Part shown: positions 8,828 through 17,291 of the stretch, one piece after another
How positions within the stretch are numbered: the first letter of the stretch is position 1
Layout: the number at the start of each line of letters is the position of its first letter
Source: Acidobacteriota bacterium
GTDB taxonomy: Bacteria; Acidobacteriota; Polarisedimenticolia; J045
Assembly: GCA_017994815.1 (NCBI GenBank)
Contig: JAGOJY010000008.1
Coordinates: 44,449-108,448, forward strand
Length of the DNA stretch: 64,000 bases
Direction of reading: 5' to 3'
The notes under the pieces: model-generated
What the model was told of the DNA's origin: nothing
The model's database searches: none
Seen by the model: the letters and a program-made list of their open reading frames with translations, nothing else
Made by a program: the position numbers and the translations under genes

Positions 8828-10126
8828 TCAGTGCAGGTCGGCGGGGGCGAGGGGCTGCGGGATCTGGACCGAGAACTCGGCCCAGCGGCCTTTCTCGGAT
8901 GACGCCCAGATGCGGCCGTGGTGCAGCTGGACGATGCGCCAGGAGATGTACAGCCCCAGCCCGGTGCCGCGGCGGCCGATCGTCTCCGCGGTCGGCAGCC
9001 GCGAGAACTTGCGGAACAGCTGGCGCGATTCCGGCTGTGTGAACCCGACGCCCTCGTTCCAGACCGAGAGATCGAGCCGGCGCGGGGTGCGGTTGACGTG
9101 GACCCGCACCTGCCCGCCGCGGTTGCCGTAACGCACGGCGTTTCCCAGGAGGTTGACCAGCACGATCTTCAACAGCGGCGGGTCGCACTCGGCGCCGATC
9201 GCCATGTCGGGGAACATCCGCGACACGCGCATCTGCTGCTGTTCGAGCTGCGGAGCGATCAGGTCGATCGCCGGCTCGACGATCTCGGCGATCACGTCCA
9301 CGCCGCGGCGGATCGACATGCGCATCTCGCCGCTCTCGATCCGCGCCATGTCGAGGTAGCGCCGGATCAGGTCCAGGAGGTACTCGCCCTTCTGGATCAT
9401 CTTCTCGATCTTCTGCTGCTGGGGGTCGTTGAGCTGGCCGAGGTAGCCGCCGGTGAGCACGCGCCCGTCCGTGACCAAGGACGCCAGGGGGTTCTTCAGC
9501 TCGTGGCTGACGAAACCCAGCACGTCGAGGTAGGCGTCGCGCGCCGCGGTCAGCTGCTCGATGCGGTAGGCCTTGTCCACCGCCGGTGCGATGCGCTCGG
9601 CGAACGCGCGCTGCATCCGGATGTGGCGCTCGGTGAACGCGCGCGGCTTGAGGGCGCTGCGGAAGATGAAGCCGAGCGCACGGCCTTCCACGATCAGCGG
9701 CGAGGTCAGGCTGGAGCGCACCCCCTCCTGCACGATCAGGGACGAGGACTGGCTCTGCGGGTGCGCCGCGAGGTACGCGGGCAGGTCGTCGATGATTCGC
9801 GTCCGCTCGCGCTGCAGCGCGACCTCGAGCGAGCTGCCGCGCAGGTCGTCGCTGTACCCTTTCTGCAGCAGCAGCGGCTCGTAGCGCGCGCCGGTCCAGT
9901 GGTTGACGAGGCGGCGGCCCTCCTCGACGAGGAACGCCAGCCCCATCCGGTCGCCCGGGCAGATCTCGCGCGTCTCGTCCCACGCGAACTGCATCAGGTT
10001 CTCGAGGGATTCGCCGGCCGCGATCTTGCGCGAGAGCTGCTCGAGCACCGCCGCCTCGCCGGACGCGAGCTGGACGATCGAGGCGCCGAACTCGCTCGGG
10101 TTGACGTAGCGGACGGGAACGGCCAT
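8828..10126 (-). CDS. GAF-domain sensor histidine kinase
   Basis: Track ORF, 432 aa. The N-terminal region of about 190 aa is GAF-like. H-box FVSHELKNPL, N-box NLLGNAVRYG, G-box GTGLGLYISWRIV. Confidence 0.85.
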   Translation of the reverse strand: MAVPVRYVNPSEFGASIVQLASGEAAVLEQLSRKIAAGESLENLMQFAWDETREICPGDRMGLAFLVEEGRRLVNHWTGARYEPLLLQKGYSDDLRGSSLEVALQRERTRIIDDLPAYLAAHPQSQSSSLIVQEGVRSSLTSPLIVEGRALGFIFRSALKPRAFTERHIRMQRAFAERIAPAVDKAYRIEQLTAARDAYLDVLGFVSHELKNPLASLVTDGRVLTGGYLGQLNDPQQQKIEKMIQKGEYLLDLIRRYLDMARIESGEMRMSIRRGVDVIAEIVEPAIDLIAPQLEQQQMRVSRMFPDMAIGAECDPPLLKIVLVNLLGNAVRYGNRGGQVRVHVNRTPRRLDLSVWNEGVGFTQPESRQLFRKFSRLPTAETIGRRGTGLGLYISWRIVQLHHGRIWASSEKGRWAEFSVQIPQPLAPADLH

Positions 10127-10164
10127 TCAGCCCTCGTCGGCAGGCAGGCGCGCCCGGAAAGGAG

Positions 10165-10196
10165 CCCCGTCCCCGCGCTACGGCGCGGGGACGGGG
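10165..10196 (-). terminator. GC-rich hairpin downstream of hydA (terminator or attenuator candidate)
   Basis: Perfect 14-bp inverted repeat ccccgtccccgcgc / gcgcggggacgggg with a 4-nt loop, about 40 nt after the hydA stop. On the transcribed strand it is followed by CUCCUUUCC, which is only a weak U tract. Confidence 0.45.
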
Positions 10197-10236
10197 ACCG
10201 GTTGGGGCATTGTATTCCGGGACGCCCCCGGTGCCG

Positions 10237-12159
10237 TCAGGAAATGTACTTCCCGCGGGGCGTGTAATGGGTGTGGAGCAGCCGGTGGGCGGTGTGGCCC
10301 CCGGGGCCCTCGGTCAGGAAATCGCGGTACAGGTCGAGCACCGCCGGGTTCTCGTGGGACTTGCGGACCTCGTACGACACGTCCTCGTTGTAGATCGCCT
10401 GGGCGCGCGCGGCGCGGATCTCCGGCGTGGTCGGGATCGGCTGCCCGCCGCCGCCGATGCACCCGCCCGGGCAGGCCATGAACTCGATGAAGTGGCACTC
10501 GCTGAAGCGCCCGCCGGCCTTGATGTCTTCCATGACCCGCTGGGCGTTGGCCGTCCCGTGGCAGATACCGACCTTGACCGTCACGCCCTTGAGCCAGCCC
10601 CAGTCCGGGAACAGCGGCGCGAGGATCGGCGGCACCGGGCCGACGTCCTTGATCGGGATCTCCGCCAGCCGCACGCCCTCGAAGCCGCGCACCGGGGCGA
10701 TCTCGGCGTTCTTGAAGATGTTCTCGACCTTCACGCCGCAGACCGCCTCGATCACGGTCCGGAGCGCCGCCTCCATCACACCGCCGGTCGTGCCGAAGAT
10801 CACGCCCGAGCCGGTCGCGGTGCCGAACGGCGAGTCGAAGTCGGACCCCGGCATCGCCGCGAGGTCGACGCCCGCCTCGCTGATCATCTTCGCCAGCTCG
10901 CGGGTGGTCAGGCCGTAGTCCACGTCCTTGTAGCCGCTGGCCGCCATCTCGGGCCGGTTGCACTCGAACTTCTTGGCCGAGCACGGCATCAGCGCCACGC
11001 TGATGACGTCCTTCGGATCGATGCCCTGCTTTTCGGCGTAGAACGTCTTGATCAGCGCGCCGAACATCTGCTGCGGGCTCTTGGCCGTGGACAGGTTCGG
11101 CAGGTAGTCGGGGTAGAAGTGCTCGATGTACTTGACCCAGCCCGGCGAGCAGCTCGTGAACTGCGGCAGCGGGGTCAGGCAATCGCGCAGCACCAGCGCC
11201 TTGTACAGCCGCTGCAGAAGCTCGGTGCCTTCCTCGATGATCGTCAGGTCGGCGGTGAAGTTGGTGTCGAAGACCTTGTCGAAGCCGGCCCGCCGCAGCG
11301 CGGAGTTGAGCTGGAACGTCATCGACGTGCCGGCGGGGAAGCCGAAGCACTCGGCGATCGCGGCCCGCGGGCTCGGCGCGGTCTGGATCACGACGTGCTT
11401 GGTCGGGTCGTCGATTGCATCCCAGACCTCGTCCGTGCAGTCGTTGGCCCGCAGCGCCCCGGTCGGGCAGCGGTTGATGCACTGACCGCAGTTGATGCAA
11501 ACCACGTTGGCCAGCGGCTGGTCGGCGAAGGTGACGACCTTGGTCCTGTCCCCGCGGTTGGCCACCTCGAGCACGCCGACTTCCTGCAGGTCGATGCAGG
11601 TCCTGACGCAGCGCCGACACAAAACGCACTTGTCCATGTCGCGCACGACGGAGTGGCTGGAGGCGTCGATCTGGTAGCGCGGCGCGGTGGGTCGCCCGAA
11701 GCGGTACTCGTCGACGCCGTACTCCTTGGCCAGCGACTGCAGCTCGCAGTTCTGGTTGCGCGAGCAGGTCGTGCAGTCGCCGTAGTGCTCGGACAGCAGC
11801 AGGTCGACGATGTGGCGCCGCGCCTGGCGCACCTTGCGCGTGTTGGTGCGGACCGTCAGCGGGGCCGTCACCGGGTAGGCGCAGGCCGCCTGCAGCGTGC
11901 GTTGCTTCTCGACCTCGACCACGCACACCCGGCACACGCCGGCGATGCACAGGTCGGGGTGGTGGCACAGCGTCGGGATACGGATCCCGAGCTGCCGCGC
12001 CGCCTCGAGCAGCGTGGTCCCCATCGGGACCTTCACCATGTGGCCGTCGATCGTCACCGAAACGCGGCCGCCGATCGCCTGCGGGTCGCCCGCGGGCACG
12101 ACGTGCGCCTTCTGGCTCGTCGGCGCGCGCCCGTTCTTGTCCAGGGGGTTCATCGTCAT
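10237..12159 (-). CDS. hydA: [FeFe]-hydrogenase catalytic subunit, CpI-like M3 architecture
   Basis: Track ORF, 640 aa. It has a 2Fe-2S ferredoxin-like N-terminus, then HYGDCTTCSRNQNC, then two 4Fe-4S motifs (CVLCRRCVRTC and CINCGQCINRCP). H-cluster motifs are FTSCSPGW, MPCSAKKFE and EFMACPGGCIGGGGQP. The start overlaps the hydB stop (ATGA 12156-12159). Confidence 0.9.
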   Translation of the reverse strand: MTMNPLDKNGRAPTSQKAHVVPAGDPQAIGGRVSVTIDGHMVKVPMGTTLLEAARQLGIRIPTLCHHPDLCIAGVCRVCVVEVEKQRTLQAACAYPVTAPLTVRTNTRKVRQARRHIVDLLLSEHYGDCTTCSRNQNCELQSLAKEYGVDEYRFGRPTAPRYQIDASSHSVVRDMDKCVLCRRCVRTCIDLQEVGVLEVANRGDRTKVVTFADQPLANVVCINCGQCINRCPTGALRANDCTDEVWDAIDDPTKHVVIQTAPSPRAAIAECFGFPAGTSMTFQLNSALRRAGFDKVFDTNFTADLTIIEEGTELLQRLYKALVLRDCLTPLPQFTSCSPGWVKYIEHFYPDYLPNLSTAKSPQQMFGALIKTFYAEKQGIDPKDVISVALMPCSAKKFECNRPEMAASGYKDVDYGLTTRELAKMISEAGVDLAAMPGSDFDSPFGTATGSGVIFGTTGGVMEAALRTVIEAVCGVKVENIFKNAEIAPVRGFEGVRLAEIPIKDVGPVPPILAPLFPDWGWLKGVTVKVGICHGTANAQRVMEDIKAGGRFSECHFIEFMACPGGCIGGGGQPIPTTPEIRAARAQAIYNEDVSYEVRKSHENPAVLDLYRDFLTEGPGGHTAHRLLHTHYTPRGKYIS

Positions 12160-13355
12160 GCGAGTGTCTCCCGGGCAGTCGTCCGCCCCATGATCTCGTC
12201 GCGGAAGTTGTTCACGATCGAGAGGAACGCGTTGGGGCTGCTCTGGCCCAGTCCGCAGCGGGACGACAGTTGGATCGACTCACCGAGCGCGCACAGCTCG
12301 CGCAGGTGATGCATCGAGCAGCGGCCTTGCGCCAGCAGCTCGACGCCCTTAAGCAGCTTGGGATTGCCCTCGCGGCAGGGCGTGCACTGGCCGCACGACT
12401 CCTCGACGAAGAACTCGAGGAAGTTGTGCGCCACCTTCAGCATGTCGCGCTGCGGCCCGAAGACCACGATCGAGCCGCCCGTCGCGACATCCTCGAAGGC
12501 GATCGCGCGCGAGAACTGGCTGGCCGGCAGGCAGAAGCCGGAGGCGCCGCCGATCTGCACGGCCTTCGCGTTCTCGGCGCCGACGTGGCGCAAAAGCTCG
12601 GCCACGCTGATGCCGAGCGGGAACTCGTAGACCCCGGGGCGCGCGCAGTCGCCGGAGACCGAGAACAGCTTCAGCCCGGCCGACTTCTCCGTGCCCAGTT
12701 CCTTGAACCAGGCGGCGCCGCGGGACAGGATGCAGGCCGCCCAGGCCAGCGTCTCGACGTTGTTGACCACGCTCGGCCGCTTGAGGTAGCCGGTGTCCAC
12801 CGGGAACGGCGGGCGGTTGCGCGGCTCGCCGCGGTGGCCCTCCAGCGACTCGATCAGCGCCGTTTCCTCGCCGCAGACGTAGGCGCCGGAGCCCATGCGG
12901 ATCACGATGTCGAAGTCGAACCCCTCGCGCCCGCAGATCGCGGTCCCGAGCAGGTTGCTCTCGCGGCGGCTCGCCAGCACCTGCTCCAGCGCGCCCCGCA
13001 GGTAGGTGTACTCGCCGCGCAGGTACAGGATCCCTTCGCGGGCGGCGACCGCGTAGGCCGCGATCGTCATCCCCTCGAAGACGAGGTTGGCGAACTCGGT
13101 GAGGATCACGCGGTCCTTGAACGTGCCCGGCTCACCTTCATCGGCGTTGCAGATGATGAACTTCTGGTCGGCGCGCGCCGCCGCCGCGAGGTTCCACTTG
13201 GTGCCGGTCGGGAAACCGGCGCCGCCGCGGCCGCGCAGCGCCGAGGCGCTGATCTCGCCGATCACGTCGGAGCGGCTCTTCGCCAGCGCCGCCTTGAGCC
13301 CCGCCTCCGGCGCGATCGTCCGGAAGGTCAGGTCGTTCGTCGTGGTCGTGATCAT
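12156..13355 (-). CDS. hydB: NuoF-like flavoprotein subunit of the hydrogenase (FMN/NAD(P)H-binding, one 4Fe-4S)
   Basis: This is the C-terminal 399 aa of track ORF 12156..13628, starting at MITTTTNDL. Motifs: GRGGAGFPTGTKW, CNADEGEPGTFKDR and ESCGQCTPCREG. ATGA overlaps occur at both ends. Confidence 0.9.
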   Translation of the reverse strand: MITTTTNDLTFRTIAPEAGLKAALAKSRSDVIGEISASALRGRGGAGFPTGTKWNLAAAARADQKFIICNADEGEPGTFKDRVILTEFANLVFEGMTIAAYAVAAREGILYLRGEYTYLRGALEQVLASRRESNLLGTAICGREGFDFDIVIRMGSGAYVCGEETALIESLEGHRGEPRNRPPFPVDTGYLKRPSVVNNVETLAWAACILSRGAAWFKELGTEKSAGLKLFSVSGDCARPGVYEFPLGISVAELLRHVGAENAKAVQIGGASGFCLPASQFSRAIAFEDVATGGSIVVFGPQRDMLKVAHNFLEFFVEESCGQCTPCREGNPKLLKGVELLAQGRCSMHHLRELCALGESIQLSSRCGLGQSSPNAFLSIVNNFRDEIMGRTTARETLA

Positions 13356-13873
13356 GCGAGGTGCTCCTCCCTGCGCTCGACCGCGTGCACGCCGACCGTG
13401 CGGCGGCACTCGTCGAGGATCTCGTGCACCCGCTCGGGGCAGACGCGCGTGTACACGCGGTCGTTCACGAGCAGGGCCGGGCCCTGGTCGCACAGGCCGA
13501 GGCAGTTGGCCCACTCCAGCGAGAAGCGCCCGTCGGCGGTGGTCTCGCCGAAGCGGATGCCCAGGTCGTTCTCCAGCTGGCGCGCCACCCGCTCCTTCTC
13601 CTGCATGTCGCACGAGATGGTGCGGCACAGCCGGATCACGAAGCGTCCCAGGCGCTTGTCGCCGAGGAAGCCGTAGAAGGTGACGACGCTGAACACCTCG
13701 ACCGGGTGGATCCCGAGCAGGTGCGCGATCACCTGCATCGCGTAATCCGAGATGTGGTGGTACTTGCGCTGCACTTCCTGCAGCACCGGCAGCAGCACGG
13801 TGCGGTCGCGGCCGTGGCGATCGACCAGCGCCTGCAGCTCCTGGTTGAGAATCTCGCGATCGGTCAAAAGCAT
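13352..13873 (-). CDS. hydC: NuoE-like thioredoxin-fold [2Fe-2S] subunit of the hydrogenase
   Basis: Track ORF 13352..13906, with the start taken at MLLTDREIL. Cys pattern CRTISC...CLGLC. Confidence 0.85.
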   Translation of the reverse strand: MLLTDREILNQELQALVDRHGRDRTVLLPVLQEVQRKYHHISDYAMQVIAHLLGIHPVEVFSVVTFYGFLGDKRLGRFVIRLCRTISCDMQEKERVARQLENDLGIRFGETTADGRFSLEWANCLGLCDQGPALLVNDRVYTRVCPERVHEILDECRRTVGVHAVERREEHLA

Positions 13874-13877
13874 CGGA

Positions 13878-14258
13878 TCACCCCTGCGCGCGCTGCAGCA
13901 GCGCACGCACCTTGCTGACCAGCTCCGCGGGGCCGACCGGCTTTTCCTGGAAGTCGTCGACCGGCACGAGGGCGTCGTCGCGACCGTAGTTGAGCCCGGT
14001 GACCTTGCCGAGACTGGTCAGCATCAGGATCGGCCGCTTCCACCCGCGACGCCGGAGTTCCTGCGCCATGGCGAGACCGTCGTCCGGCTGCTCCATCATC
14101 ACGTCGAGGATCAGCAGGTCGGGCTGGAACTCCTCCATTTGGCGCATGGCATCGTCGCGACTGTTCGCTTCGGCGACCTCGTAGCCTTCCTTCTCGAGGA
14201 AGAACCGTGCGGCCTCGACGATGTCGGGATCGTCGTCGACGACCAGAACCTTCGCCAT
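13878..14258 (-). CDS. single-domain response regulator (REC only)
   Basis: Track ORF 13878..14294, with the start taken at MAKVLVVDDDPDIV and GGAGAGGAG upstream. Phospho-acceptor context DLLILDVMM. It ends 4 nt before the hydC start. Confidence 0.85.
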   Translation of the reverse strand: MAKVLVVDDDPDIVEAARFFLEKEGYEVAEANSRDDAMRQMEEFQPDLLILDVMMEQPDDGLAMAQELRRRGWKRPILMLTSLGKVTGLNYGRDDALVPVDDFQEKPVGPAELVSKVRALLQRAQG

Positions 14259-14412
14259 TCCGCTCTCCTCTCCAGACGTGCCGCGTCCCGGCACGCCGGT
14301 GCAGGCGCCCAGCGGGCTGCCAGTACGTTCGCGCGGCCTACGAGGGCCGCCGCTTTCTCCTCGGGAGCAACACGCGCCCGGGACAACTCGAGCCCGGTGG
14401 GGGTGGGCCGAC

Positions 14413-14428
14413 TGTGAAATCTTTCACG
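14413..14428. promoter_or_regulatory. CRP-type palindrome TGTGAAATCTTTCACG in the 379-bp divergent intergenic region
   Basis: The inverted repeat GTGAAA-tc-TTTCAC matches TGTGA-N6-TCACA at 9 of 10 positions. It is the most AT-rich patch of the intergenic region between the hydrogenase operon and the M16 peptidase genes. Confidence 0.35.
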
Positions 14429-14637
14429 ATCCTTACGGGTAAGTCTAGGGGCTTTCCGCCAGAACGCAAGGGGCCCCGCTGGACCGGTCCCGGGGCGCGG
14501 ATCGGGCCGCCGGCGGCCGCCGCTTTCTGCTGATGCGGGGCGTCGGCACCGGCTGCTGGACCCGCGCACGAGGCGCGGACTAGGCTGCGCCTCCGCGCGC
14601 CCGGACCGCCCGGCGGCCCGGCGGCGGAGGAGACGCC

Positions 14638-16020
14638 ATGCGCCGGCTGGCCACGATCACCGCCTCGATCCTGCTCGCTGGATTCGTCCTCGCCGCGGAA
14701 CCTGCCGCCACCGATGTTCCCGCCGGGTACATCTCGGAAGTGCTGCCCAATGGGCTGCAGGTCTCGATCCTGCCGGAGCCATCCAACCCCGTGGTCGCCA
14801 CGCAGGTCTGGTACCACGTCGGGGCGGCGCACGAGGAGCCGCGCACGCGCGGCTTCGCCCACCTGTTCGAGCACCTGATGTTCGGCGGCACCGCCCAGCA
14901 CCCGGCGCGCGACTACCCCGAGCACCACCGGCGCTTCGGCGGTTACGAGAACGCCTACACGTCCTGGGACGAGACCGTGTACATCTCCGCCATTCCCCCG
15001 GACGGCCACGCCGCGGTGCTCGCGCTCGAGGCCGACCGCATGGTCAACCTGCGTCTCGACCAGCAGAACCTCGACAACGAGCAGCGGATCGTCACGGAGG
15101 AACTGCGCGTTTCGACCGAGAACGATCCGTTCACGCGGGTCGGCGTCGCCGCGCTCAAGGCGGTCCTCGGCGAGCACCCGTACGCGATCACGCCCGCGGG
15201 GACGAAGGAGGACATCGCGGCGGCGACGCTCGCGCACGCGCGCGAGTTCTACGCGCGCTACTACCGGCCGCAGAACGCGCACGTCGTGATCGTCGGCCCG
15301 GTGGACGGCGCCGCGACGCTCGAGCGCGTGCGCGCCGATTTCGGCGCGCTGGAGCCGGCGGGCGAGACACCGGCCGAGATCCCGGCGCTGGTCGACTGGC
15401 AGCTCGCCGAGAGGGTCGAGCTGAGCGAGGACCTGCCGCCGGTCGAGATCGCGATCCTCGGCTACGCGCTGCCGCCCGCCGACTCCCCGGAGCGTCCCGC
15501 GCTGGAGCTGATGACGCAGCTCCTCGCGGGCGGGCAGGTCGACCCGTTCGAGGAAGAGCTGGTCCGTCGCCGCAACAAGGCCGTCGAGGCCGCGACGACG
15601 TTCATCGACCTGCGGCGCGGCGGCGCGCTGGTCTTCTACTCCGCGGCCCTGCCGTACCGCCGCGAGGCGTCGGCATTCCGCTTCATGGACGAAACACGCG
15701 AGGTCCTCGCCCGCCTGGAGTGGCTGACCGAAGAGTCGTTGGCCGCGGCCAAGCGCAAGCTGGTGCGCCGCGAGCTGAACCAGGCGTACTTCGCCGACGA
15801 GCGCGCGGGCGCCATCGGCCGGGCCCGCTGGTGGCAGGGCGACGAGCGCCTCGCGTTCTCGCGGGCGGCGGCGATCGAGGCCGTGAGCCGCGAGGACGTC
15901 GCCGCGGCATTCCGGCGTTACGTCGTGGAGCGCGAGCCGGCGCGGGTGTACCTCAAGCCGCTGCGCGTGCCGCTCCTGGTCCGGCTTTTCGGCTGGGTCT
16001 ACCCGCTGGTGAGCCGATGA
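14638..16020 (+). CDS. M16 (pitrilysin-family) zinc peptidase, active-type subunit
   Basis: Track ORF, 460 aa. Signal peptide present. HxxEH motif in FAHLFEHLMF. GGAGGAG upstream of the ATG. Confidence 0.85.
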   Translation: MRRLATITASILLAGFVLAAEPAATDVPAGYISEVLPNGLQVSILPEPSNPVVATQVWYHVGAAHEEPRTRGFAHLFEHLMFGGTAQHPARDYPEHHRRFGGYENAYTSWDETVYISAIPPDGHAAVLALEADRMVNLRLDQQNLDNEQRIVTEELRVSTENDPFTRVGVAALKAVLGEHPYAITPAGTKEDIAAATLAHAREFYARYYRPQNAHVVIVGPVDGAATLERVRADFGALEPAGETPAEIPALVDWQLAERVELSEDLPPVEIAILGYALPPADSPERPALELMTQLLAGGQVDPFEEELVRRRNKAVEAATTFIDLRRGGALVFYSAALPYRREASAFRFMDETREVLARLEWLTEESLAAAKRKLVRRELNQAYFADERAGAIGRARWWQGDERLAFSRAAAIEAVSREDVAAAFRRYVVEREPARVYLKPLRVPLLVRLFGWVYPLVSR

Positions 16021-17291
16021 TCGCCGCCTCGACGCTGCTCGCCGCCGCGCTGGCCGCGACCGGGCCGGGCGCGGTCCAATCCTGGCCCCTCGACGCGGCG
16101 ACCTACGTGGTCCTCGTCGAGGACCACCGCGTCCCGCTGGTCGAGATGCGCGTGGTGTTCCCGGCCGGGAGCTGGTCGCCGTGGGTGCGCGACAGCCACG
16201 CCGAGGAGGCGTTCGAGATCCAGCTCCACGACACGGCCGGCGAGCTGCGGCGCCGAGCCGACGAGCTGGCGGCCGACGTCTCGCTCGCGGTCGGCGAGCG
16301 CACGAGCACGCTGCAGGCGGCGTGCCGCGCGCCGGACCTGCCCGAGCTCCTGGCGCTGGTCCAGCGCATCCTCGTCAACCGCGACTTCGACCGGCGCGAG
16401 CTGAAGCGCCGCAGCCGTGCGCGCTCCATAGAGTGGAGCGCTTCGCAGAAGAACCCCGACTTCGTCCTGCAGCAGGCCGGCGCCCGGCTCTTGTTCCGCC
16501 CGGGCGACCCGCGGCGCCGGCCGTACGAGAAGCCGGGCCGGCTGCTGGCCGACGTCCGGCGGCTGGCCGAGGCGCGCGACGCGCTGGTGCGCCTGCCCGG
16601 CCGCACGATCGCCTTCGCCGGCGACTTGACGCCGGAACAGGCGCGGCGCGCGGCCACGGGCCTGCTGCCGGATGCCGCGGCCGCGCGGCCGGCCGGCGCG
16701 GAGCCGGCGCTCCTGCCGCTGGCGACCGAGCGCCCGGCGGAACTGTCTGTCCCGCTGCCGCGGCTGACGCAGGTGTACTTCGGCCTCGGGCGCGAGTTGC
16801 TGGCCCTGACCGACCCGGACTACCCCGCGTTCGTCGTCGCCGACCACGTGCTCGGCGGCCACTTCTACTCGCGCCTGTACGTGGCGCTGCGCCACGAGGG
16901 CGGCGACACCTACGGCACCGGGACGATCAAGAGCCCCGACGTGGAACCGGGCGCGTACGCGCTGTGGACGTTCACCCGCACCGACAACGCGGCGGTCGCC
17001 GAGCGCAAGCTGCGCGCGGTGCTCGCGCGGCTGCACGCCGAGGGGATCGACGAGGACGAGCGCGCGGCCGCGGTCGGTTTCCTGCTCGGGCGCCGGGCGT
17101 TCCAGCGCCAGTCCCCGGCCCAGGTGCTCGACCGCTGGCTGTGGGAGCGCGCGCGCGGGCTCGAGCCGGGGACGCTCGACGGACTGCCGGAGCGGGCGGC
17201 GCGGCTTTCGGCCGACGACGTCAACGCGTTCGTGCGGCGCTTCTACGACCCGGCGCGCTTCACGCTGGTGAAGGTCGTGCCGGAGCGCTAG
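16017..17291 (+). CDS. M16-family peptidase partner subunit lacking HxxEH
   Basis: In-frame part of track ORF 15720..17291, starting at MIAASTLLAAALA. ATGA overlap at 16017-16020. M16-like fold signature but no HxxEH. Confidence 0.8.
   Translation: MIAASTLLAAALAATGPGAVQSWPLDAATYVVLVEDHRVPLVEMRVVFPAGSWSPWVRDSHAEEAFEIQLHDTAGELRRRADELAADVSLAVGERTSTLQAACRAPDLPELLALVQRILVNRDFDRRELKRRSRARSIEWSASQKNPDFVLQQAGARLLFRPGDPRRRPYEKPGRLLADVRRLAEARDALVRLPGRTIAFAGDLTPEQARRAATGLLPDAAAARPAGAEPALLPLATERPAELSVPLPRLTQVYFGLGRELLALTDPDYPAFVVADHVLGGHFYSRLYVALRHEGGDTYGTGTIKSPDVEPGAYALWTFTRTDNAAVAERKLRAVLARLHAEGIDEDERAAAVGFLLGRRAFQRQSPAQVLDRWLWERARGLEPGTLDGLPERAARLSADDVNAFVRRFYDPARFTLVKVVPER

Noticed and set aside
14345-14528. 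14-nt direct repeat GGCCGCCGCTTTCT at 14345-14358 and 14515-14528, and a sigma54-like GGCAC...TGC near 14545, in the hydrogenase/M16 intergenic region.
   Set aside because: The repeat is short and of biased composition, so chance occurrence is plausible. The GG-to-GC spacing is 8 nt rather than the 10 nt required for a -24/-12 promoter.
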